Assembly: GCA_963674825.1 (NCBI GenBank)
Contig: OY771587.1
Location: 3,776,001-3,840,000, forward strand
Length of the DNA: 64,000 bases
Direction of reading: 5' to 3'
DNA from: Candidatus Cloacimonadales bacterium
GTDB lineage: Bacteria; Cloacimonadota; Cloacimonadia; Cloacimonadales; JAIOQZ01
Part shown: one piece after another, positions 57,501-64,000 of the stretch
How positions within the stretch are numbered: position 1 is the first letter of the stretch
Layout: each line of letters begins with the position of its first letter
Notes under the pieces: generated by a model
Told to the model about the DNA's origin: nothing
Database searches by the model: none
What the model saw: only the letters and a program-made list of their open reading frames with translations
Translations under genes and position numbers: made by a program

Positions 57501-57891
57501 AACCTATTCGTACTACGTCACAGCGGTGTATGAAGAAGGCGAGTCACAAGCATCGAACTCAGTCAACGCCATGCCGCACGTTATGGATAACCCCGGCAAT
57601 ACGGTAGTACCTCTGGAAACGGTGCTGATATCCAACTCGCCCAATCCGTTCAATCCCGAGACATCGATCCAGTTCGCACTGGCGAAAGACAGCCCGGTAC
57701 GCATCGATATCGTGAATATTCGCGGCCAGATCGTAACGACGCTGATCGATTCACCGATGCAGGCCGGTTATCACAACGTTGTTTGGGATGGTCACGACCA
57801 TACCGGAAAGCAAACTGCCTCCGGCGTGTACATGGTTCGTATGATCGCGGATCGAAAAACTCAGATCAAGAAGATCACGATGATGAAATAA
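54565..57891 (+). CDS. Secreted multidomain carbohydrate-binding-type protein with FN3 and FlgD-Ig/T9SS-like C-terminal domain
   Basis: Signal peptide; CBM/X25-like units (YVAGTFNSWN, IVGDFNDWDP, GTWEYKA/GTWEFKV); two FYDDGTHGD units; FN3 (YYVTAVY); C-terminal NSPNPFNPETSI...WDGHDHTGKQTASGVY...KKITMMK. Confidence 0.8.
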   Translation: MMKRTIYLISIMMIAMIGQLSATIGWCGNIWPNSGTSHPNGQGITVYFQIWKDGVTNGEGQGEDLSATIYYRLQGSSDYTSLEMPYFGEVGNNDEYSVAIPNEAFSAGDVVEFVCEAHDATDDTYAYGTDQNNAGPFTFASPGNYIIINETIQDVAVTFQVNMELLEPVEAAYVAGTFNSWNATGNPLSDDDEDMIWTATVTIPSGSNPVQEYKFINGSDWEGVDNRSFTIDDTNPTQILPAVWFNDQEPAENIATVSFTLDASNVSAYTSFYLKGSWNEAGFYDETWNNGNIHTAFYDDGTHGDIIPNDDLWTIQVELVPDAGDNTWHWGFTDQDYYWINGNFEFTVPDTTSQTLFYQLVPTSSVVGNVYDNTTSTGIEGAVVTVGEFTATTNAEGGFALQIVPPGTYNVNVSATGYYDFVLDNLPFNEGHSNLMIGMIPEGALQPPQNLSAIGSDMQVELNWDAPADRVLLGYNIYRDDVQLNADVVEETFFTDTNVENFVTYTYYVTAVYTEGESSPSSSVEATPHPETIVFPSIVGDFNDWDPADPDYQLTLNDNGVWTLAVELAAGTWEYKATETNDWSADFPTANQSITLENAATVTFRANLGATVGVRENDEFITHTNPVVVGNFLSELGGVDWDPTDLTGEMIDSDGDDVFEFNAVIPEGTWEFKVTLNHNWDQSTTSNNIGFVSDGISETQITYAMATNEIETNAITPPAAQITFMVDDHHIEQFESFYLLGTWDTESGMYDSNWGGGAEHTQFYDDGTHGDEVIGDHIWSVTVSLITDGGSNTWEWGINDQDHNWLFGNFEFTVADTTTQSFSFTIPYTSTLNGTVTNSVTGEALSGASVQTTSGASTTTDTEGHYSMTVNAGTTTIICSKSGYITQTINNYEIPYNDTVTLDIGLDRELYAPINLTAEEGDQQVGLNWDMPEEPRTRSAQRNTRELTGFNIYRNNELVGSVDSPETMEFLDTGLTNNITYSYYVTAVYEEGESQASNSVNAMPHVMDNPGNTVVPLETVLISNSPNPFNPETSIQFALAKDSPVRIDIVNIRGQIVTTLIDSPMQAGYHNVVWDGHDHTGKQTASGVYMVRMIADRKTQIKKITMMK

Positions 57892-57904
57892 TCGATTTAT
57901 AATT

Positions 57905-57936
57905 AAAGCCCCTTCCACCAGGGAGGGGCTTTTTTT
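57905..57936 (+). terminator. Intrinsic terminator
   Basis: AAAGCCCCTTCC-ACCA-GGGAGGGGCTTTTTTT. Confidence 0.85.
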
Positions 57937-58184
57937 CTTTCAACATAGGCAACATTGGTAATTAACACATCCGATGTAAGGGTTTTCTGATTGAAATATA
58001 TCCTTATTTCTTCAAAGATATGTCCATGACAAACACCATACCGAATGGCATTCATTTCAGCGAAAAGCGAATGATTAATCCTCCGTTATCCAGGAAGTCG
58101 TTCGTCGAGCGCATAAACATAACTTTTTCTATTGACACCCTCTGAATTGCCTATACATTTTTGCAATTAGATTGGAGAGATAGA

Positions 58185-59252
58185 ATGTACCGATTCCGCC
58201 CAGACTTGAAAGAACGTAAGTTGCCCATTATTACCGTACCCAGACGCGATGTCATGATGTGCCTCAACGAAAGCGCCATGGACCCGTTCCAAGCCGTTCG
58301 CGAACCCTTCCTGAAGCGCATGGAAGATATCCACTTGAACCGCTACTTCTCGGATGTCACAGATGAGCTCAAGAAAGCGTTGGCGAACTATGTTGGTCAC
58401 GGGACATCACCCGATTGTTTTGAATTCGGTAACGGTGCTGACGAGATGCTCTACTACCTTTTCACATCGGTACGGGAATCGAAGGACACGTTCGCTGCGG
58501 CTATCGCACCGACTTACGGCGATTATATAACCTACACACGTGCTGTCGGCATGGGTGTAAGGTTTACCCAGATGGACAATAACTTCGATTTCGACGCGGA
58601 TGAATTCCTGAAGCTTCTGGAGCACCCCGATTGCCGTCTGGGTATCCTCTGCACGCCGAACAACCCCACGGGGAATCTGCTCGACGACGATAAAGTACAT
58701 AAAATCCTCTCATCTACCGATAAGCTCATTCTGATCGACGAAGCCTACCACGAATTTTCGGGCCGCACGTACGCCCAGTACCTGCAGAAATACCCCAACC
58801 TGATCATCATCCGCACATTCTCCAAAGGATTCGGAACCTCCGGCCTGCGCTTCGGCTATATGTTCTCAACGCCTGAAAACATCCACGAGATCAAGAAGGT
58901 GATGACCTTCTTCCACATGAGCATCATGATTCAGGCATTTGCGCTGACCATCCTGGAAAACCGCGAACCATTCCTTGCCTACAACCGGATGATTATGGAG
59001 CAGCGAGACCTCCTTATCGAGAAATTGAACGCTCACGACAAGCTGCACGCCTTTCCATCCTGGACCAACTTCGTCCTTTTCTCGGCAGGACATAACGCAA
59101 AGCCACTCTTCGAGTACCTCAAGGATAATCAGGTTGCAATCAGAATGTACGGCTCTCCGGCCATGCTGGGCGATAAGCTCCGCGTGACGATAAGTACAGA
59201 GCGGGATAACGAGATGTTCTTCAATCTCGTTCAATCATTTCCATACGCTTGA
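58185..59252 (+). CDS. hisC: Histidinol-phosphate aminotransferase-like (class II PLP)
   Basis: LNES, FGNGADE, CTPNNPTG, LIDEAY and RTFSKGFGTSGLRFGY; start placed at ATG 58185. Confidence 0.75.
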   Translation: MYRFRPDLKERKLPIITVPRRDVMMCLNESAMDPFQAVREPFLKRMEDIHLNRYFSDVTDELKKALANYVGHGTSPDCFEFGNGADEMLYYLFTSVRESKDTFAAAIAPTYGDYITYTRAVGMGVRFTQMDNNFDFDADEFLKLLEHPDCRLGILCTPNNPTGNLLDDDKVHKILSSTDKLILIDEAYHEFSGRTYAQYLQKYPNLIIIRTFSKGFGTSGLRFGYMFSTPENIHEIKKVMTFFHMSIMIQAFALTILENREPFLAYNRMIMEQRDLLIEKLNAHDKLHAFPSWTNFVLFSAGHNAKPLFEYLKDNQVAIRMYGSPAMLGDKLRVTISTERDNEMFFNLVQSFPYA

Positions 59253-59349
59253 TCTTTTTCCATAGTTAACAAGCCCGGATATCGGGTTGATAAATTAATG
59301 AATCCACAATCGAGGCGGTTTCTGCTCTTCGTGGAGACGCAAAGGAACA

Positions 59350-62300
59350 TTGATGAATTTCTCAAACCTGTTGCAGCCTTTCAACATTAAAGAAATCATT
59401 CTCAATACGCACTCTGTGATCCAGATCGCACTGGGTATTTTCATTCTGCTTACCTTCACGTTTCTTACGTTCATGCTCATAATAAGGCGCAGATTGAATA
59501 ATGAAATCGACCAGAAAGAGTCGCAGAACCAGCTTCTTACACGGAACCTCGCGCGCGAAAAACGCAACCATGCCGAAGTTATCAGCAGTAACCAGACTTA
59601 TAAAGCTGATAACGAGGAGCTCCAGGAAAAGCTTCGCCAGATCGATTTCCGCAATGATATGATCCTATCGGAGATTGAGACGCAGATATGGTTCTTCAAT
59701 ACTGAGGGGAAGATCCAGCATTGCAACAGAATTCGCATTCACGATCAGGAGATTTTCTCCAGCCGTGCGACCGGAAAGACGCTAATCCAGCTCTTAGGTA
59801 ATTCTGGCGCCGTGCTCCAGGCGAAAGTGGAAGAAGTGATCGAACGGCGTAATCCAATGCTGTTCATCGAAGACCAATTCGAGACAGATAGCCGCGTATG
59901 GCATCACTCGATCGACATTCACCCCATTTTCGATCAGAGCAATAAAATCGACGGAGCAGTAGCGCTGGTTCACGATGTTACCGCTGAGAAAGAACAGCTT
60001 GCATTGACTATGCAGATGGTTAATCGTTATGATAGCGGGGTGATTATAGCGCAGGATGGCATGATCGAATCGGTCAATCCGAGACTGTGTGTCTGGACAG
60101 GCTATAAAGCAGAGACGCTCAAAGGCAAGCCACTGCCTTCAGTGCTATCTGAACGTTCGCGCATCGAGGTGCAGGAAAACCACAAATCTCTGCTCTGGAA
60201 TCCGCTTGAACTGCCGGTGTACGAAACATTCCTTATCGACTCGAAGGAAAATAAGAAGCCGGTTATCTTCACGATCGATGAAATGCAATATAAGAATCGC
60301 AAGACGCAGATTATTATCATCCGCAGTATCGAAGATGCCGACCTGTGCGGACGGGAGTTACAGAAATCATCCGAGATCCTGCAAGCAGCAATCGACACAG
60401 TAGATCATGGCATCTTGCTTTCCAACGGCGAAGATGTGCTCTATTATAATCAGAACTTCGTGAAACTGTGGCAGCTCGACAAATCAATTATGAGCAAGCC
60501 TCGTTGCAATACGATCCTCGATGCCATTACCGGCAAAATCACCAATCGAGACGATTTCACAGAATGGACTCGTTTGACCATTGAAGAACACGTGGAATCC
60601 ACCGATAACGAGATCATCCTCGAGGACGGCAGAATCTTTGAATTCACAACCCGTTGTATGGATAATGACAATAACAATGCAGGATTCATCTGCACTTTCC
60701 TGGATATCACAGAGTCTAAACGTCACGAAAAAGAAATTCTCCTGGCAAAAGAGAACGCGGAATCGGCAAACCTCTCAAAAACAGAGTTCCTGGCGAACAT
60801 GAGTCACGAGATCAGAACACCGATGAACGGTATCATTGGTGTGGTAACTCTTCTGGAAAAAACCAACATCGATCAGCGCCAGCAGCGTTACATGGACGTC
60901 ATCAAAGCGTCAGCCGATTCGCTGCTCAGCTTGATCAACGATATTCTGGACATCTCCAAAATCGAAGCAGGCTATCTCAAACTCGAGAAGATAGATTTCG
61001 ACCTACAGGAGATTTTCAGCGCTACGACCGATATGCTTTCACTCAAAGCACAGCAGAAAGAGTTGGATTTCTACGCATATATCAAGCCGGATGTTCCAAG
61101 CCACTTTTACGGCGATCCAAACCGACTGAAACAAATTCTGATCAACCTAGGCAACAACGCGGTGAAATTCACCGAATCGGGGCATATCACCATCTCGTGT
61201 CGCGCCGACAATGTTAAGGGGAATGTCTTCACGCTTCACTTCGCTGTGGAAGACACCGGCATCGGCATCAAACGCGAACGTATCGATAAAGTTTTCGAGA
61301 GCTACGAACAGGCTGAAGAATCCACGACACGAAAGTATGGCGGAACCGGACTCGGCCTGGCCATCTCGCAGAAACTGACCAAGATGATGGGCGGGGATAT
61401 ATGGGTCGAAAGCGAATACGGATCGGGTACAACATTTCACTTCACGGTCGAGTTGAGAGCGTTGGAAGATGAGAACGTGGAATCGGAAATCGAAACCTTT
61501 GAGAAGATGAATCTCCGTGCGCTGATAGCCATGCGCAACGACGTTAACCAGAAATACATCACCGAAACTTTGTCGTTCTATGGGATTCAATGCACTGTGC
61601 TCAACACGCCAGACATTATTGTGGAGGGTCTCAGCGTTTATAGCGGCACCGATGAAGCGTATGATATGCTCATCCTTGAGCACTTCGACGGACGTTGCAC
61701 TGAGCTCGTGGAGAAGATCCGTGACCGGGTCGAACTTACCGACCTCAAGGTTTTCCTCGTCCTCTCATTCAAGCAGAGCGCGATGATGGACAGAGCGCAG
61801 TTCGGCAATGTGAACGAAATGCTAAGCCTTCCGCTCAAACGCTCTGAGCTTCTCAACACCATGAAGCGAGTTTACGGCTTGATGAACGATACGAAGCCAT
61901 CGAAGTCTTTCACCAAAGCCCTGTCGGATTCACCGGATTCCACTACCCCGATGCCAGGTATTCAGTGCAAGGTGCTTCTGGCTGAAGACAACCCGATCAA
62001 CTTGGATATCATCATCGAAATCCTGGAGACCGAAGGACATCAGGTTTCCGCTGCAAAGAACGGTCTGGAAGTTGTCGAACTTGCCCGTACAGAAACCTTC
62101 GATGTGATACTCATGGATATCCACATGCCGGAGATGGACGGCTTTGAAGCAACCAGGGCTATCCGTGAAATGGAAAGCAATTCGGAACGCCACACGCCGA
62201 TCATCGCCATGACCGCGGATGTGATCAAAGACGAACGCCAGATGTGCAAAGATTCCGGAATGGACGATGTGATCCTGAAGCCCATCAAGATTTCCGAGCT

Positions 62301-62733
62301 CCAGCAGCTCTTCTTCAGGCTGCTTTCCGACGAACCGCAATATAAAGAAGTAAAGTCGATAGATGAACCGAGCAATGACAGGCAAGACCTAACCATCTCT
62401 CTGGACTACATCAAAGAAAGCCTTGGAGACAACCTCAAGGTAATCGAGAAGACATTCAGCCTCATCGCCAAGAAATTCCCGCTTGCGATGCGTGACATCC
62501 GCAAGGCGATGTCAGATAACGACGATAAAGCGCTGCACCGCGCAGCTCATGGAATGAAAGGCTTCATGAACTACTTCGATTTCCCCGAGATCAAGCAAAA
62601 CGTCCTCGCGTTGGAGAAGGCCGGGAAGAAAGCCGATTTCAACTCTGCCAAGATGATCCTTATCGATCTCGAGCCGCAGATGGACGCGTTTATCAAAGCA
62701 ATCAAGAAGAAGATCGAGGAATTCGAGAATTGA
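59350..62733 (+). CDS. Hybrid sensor histidine kinase (TM-PAS-HisKA-HATPase-REC-REC-Hpt)
   Basis: [51 protein letters not shown] and Hpt AAHGMKG. The first receiver domain looks degenerate. Confidence 0.93.
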   Translation: MMNFSNLLQPFNIKEIILNTHSVIQIALGIFILLTFTFLTFMLIIRRRLNNEIDQKESQNQLLTRNLAREKRNHAEVISSNQTYKADNEELQEKLRQIDFRNDMILSEIETQIWFFNTEGKIQHCNRIRIHDQEIFSSRATGKTLIQLLGNSGAVLQAKVEEVIERRNPMLFIEDQFETDSRVWHHSIDIHPIFDQSNKIDGAVALVHDVTAEKEQLALTMQMVNRYDSGVIIAQDGMIESVNPRLCVWTGYKAETLKGKPLPSVLSERSRIEVQENHKSLLWNPLELPVYETFLIDSKENKKPVIFTIDEMQYKNRKTQIIIIRSIEDADLCGRELQKSSEILQAAIDTVDHGILLSNGEDVLYYNQNFVKLWQLDKSIMSKPRCNTILDAITGKITNRDDFTEWTRLTIEEHVESTDNEIILEDGRIFEFTTRCMDNDNNNAGFICTFLDITESKRHEKEILLAKENAESANLSKTEFLANMSHEIRTPMNGIIGVVTLLEKTNIDQRQQRYMDVIKASADSLLSLINDILDISKIEAGYLKLEKIDFDLQEIFSATTDMLSLKAQQKELDFYAYIKPDVPSHFYGDPNRLKQILINLGNNAVKFTESGHITISCRADNVKGNVFTLHFAVEDTGIGIKRERIDKVFESYEQAEESTTRKYGGTGLGLAISQKLTKMMGGDIWVESEYGSGTTFHFTVELRALEDENVESEIETFEKMNLRALIAMRNDVNQKYITETLSFYGIQCTVLNTPDIIVEGLSVYSGTDEAYDMLILEHFDGRCTELVEKIRDRVELTDLKVFLVLSFKQSAMMDRAQFGNVNEMLSLPLKRSELLNTMKRVYGLMNDTKPSKSFTKALSDSPDSTTPMPGIQCKVLLAEDNPINLDIIIEILETEGHQVSAAKNGLEVVELARTETFDVILMDIHMPEMDGFEATRAIREMESNSERHTPIIAMTADVIKDERQMCKDSGMDDVILKPIKISELQQLFFRLLSDEPQYKEVKSIDEPSNDRQDLTISLDYIKESLGDNLKVIEKTFSLIAKKFPLAMRDIRKAMSDNDDKALHRAAHGMKGFMNYFDFPEIKQNVLALEKAGKKADFNSAKMILIDLEPQMDAFIKAIKKKIEEFEN

Positions 62734-62836
62734 TCAAATAGCGCAAATAATCTCCCCCCGAATGATATACTATTTGACAATATTTATCCAAGCTCCATTA
62801 TATGATACAATTCTAACGTAAGGAGATCCTGTAACT

Positions 62837-63154
62837 ATGTGGTTGTTAATCAAACTGGTCATGCCCATCATCGTGCTCGGAGTTGTTCTCAGATTTGTGG
62901 TTGGTAAAGCATCCCTCCCAAGCTTCGGCGAACTCGCATTGAAGGTTCTGATAACTTCAGTGATCGCGCTACTCGCAGGTGGTTTCGCAGGGGCTATCAA
63001 TATCATCCTGGGCATCATCGTCAGCTTCATCATCTATACTGCGATACTTGCGTTCTGGCTGGGCCTCGATTTCAAGCAGACAGCGTTGTGCGTGGCCATT
63101 CAGCAGGTCGTGCTACTGGCAATCCGCTTCACCTTCGGCGGAATGTACGCGTGA
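62837..63154 (+). CDS. Small hydrophobic membrane protein
   Basis: 105 aa with about four hydrophobic segments; AAGGAG RBS. Confidence 0.7.
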   Translation: MWLLIKLVMPIIVLGVVLRFVVGKASLPSFGELALKVLITSVIALLAGGFAGAINIILGIIVSFIIYTAILAFWLGLDFKQTALCVAIQQVVLLAIRFTFGGMYA

Positions 63155-63286
63155 ATTACAGCCTCACAATCTTACCTATCTTCTTGTTCGCATCGAATCG
63201 CACCGGTACGGTGATCCAGATATCTGAAAATTATCATTGACAAGCAGGCAAAGCCGTTTCTGGGTGAATAAAAAGAGAAGGAAACC

Positions 63287-64000
63287 ATGACAGCCATTAC
63301 TGATTTCAATTATCTCCATGCAGATACTAAATATGAACATGAAGTTATAGCAAATGTTCTTCAAGGCGATTGCAAACAAGTTTTACAAGGACTTTCTGAT
63401 GATTCAATCGATTTAATTGTTACCTCCCCGCCTTATGCAGATCAAAGAAAGAACACATACGGAGGAATCCATCCAGATCATTACGTAGATTGGTTTCTTC
63501 CAATTTCAGAACAATTACTGAGAGTCTTGAAGCCGTCAGGTACGTTTGTGTTAAATATAAAAGAAAAAGTCGTCAATGGTGAGCGTAGCACATATGTCAT
63601 GGAATTGATTATTGAAATGAGAAAACAAGGTTGGCTTTGGACAGAAGAATTTATTTGGCACAAAAAAAACTGTTATCCCGGGAAATGGCCCAATCGGTTC
63701 AGAGACGCATGGGAAAGGCTTCTTCAATTCAATAAGAATCGGAAATTTAACATGTATCAAGATGAAGTCATGGTACCTATGGGTGACTGGGCAAACTCAC
63801 GCTTGAAAAACCTATCTGACACCGATAAAACCCGCGATGATTCAAAGGTGGGAAGTGGTTTTGGGAAAAATATATCCAATTGGTTAAAGAGAGACAAAGC
63901 ATATCCGACAAATGTCTTACATCTCGCGACCGAATGTAGCAATAAAAACCACAGTGCAGCATTTCCTGAAGGGCTTCCTGAATGGTTCATCAAGCTGTTT
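63287..64000 (+). CDS. Beta-class amino-DNA methyltransferase, likely N4-cytosine (runs off the window; not in the ORF track)
   Basis: Manual translation gives GDCKQVL...SIDLIVTSPPY...RVLKPSG...FIWHK...HSAAFPEGLPEWFIKLF. The frame is open to the window edge and AT-richer than its neighbours. Confidence 0.9.
   Translation, partial: MTAITDFNYLHADTKYEHEVIANVLQGDCKQVLQGLSDDSIDLIVTSPPYADQRKNTYGGIHPDHYVDWFLPISEQLLRVLKPSGTFVLNIKEKVVNGERSTYVMELIIEMRKQGWLWTEEFIWHKKNCYPGKWPNRFRDAWERLLQFNKNRKFNMYQDEVMVPMGDWANSRLKNLSDTDKTRDDSKVGSGFGKNISNWLKRDKAYPTNVLHLATECSNKNHSAAFPEGLPEWFIKLF

Noticed and set aside
6351..62780. Numerous 60-270 aa antisense or alternative-frame ORFs inside long genes
   Set aside because: No recognisable motifs; expected shadows of codon bias in the real genes.

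Overview
Bacterial window, probably Candidatus Cloacimonadota or a related FCB-group anaerobe. This is inferred only from the style of the secreted proteins, not from a search. The left ~35 kb looks like a Mu-type transposable element with no phage structural genes. It begins with a cI-like repressor, a ner/cro-like HTH gene, a MuA-like DDE transposase, a MuB-like AAA+ ATPase and a tandem-HTH gene. Next come an ORF-less group IIC intron, a decayed IS3 and a degenerate transposon end. About 29 kb of cargo follows: a signal-peptide TPR-CHAT (caspase-like) protease, a small exported protein, a CHASE2 adenylate cyclase and two paralogous giant modular surface proteins (3184 and ~4564 aa). An hsdM fragment and a second, intact-looking end (four TGGCA-N4-6-TGCCA-type sites, ending ...CACTTCA at 35197) close the region. 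The right ~29 kb is mostly ordinary chromosome: a thiol-redox operon, DUF3795/ECF sigma, creD, a PLP enzyme, rmuC, a knotted-type carbamoyltransferase, SatD/DUF3307, xdhC, an ABC permease, topA, an smg-like gene, secA, a large carbohydrate-binding secreted protein, a hisC-like aminotransferase, a hybrid histidine kinase and a truncated DNA methyltransferase. It also holds REP-like repeats and several palindromes. I found no CRISPR array, tRNA or rRNA. All family calls are from motif recognition by eye.
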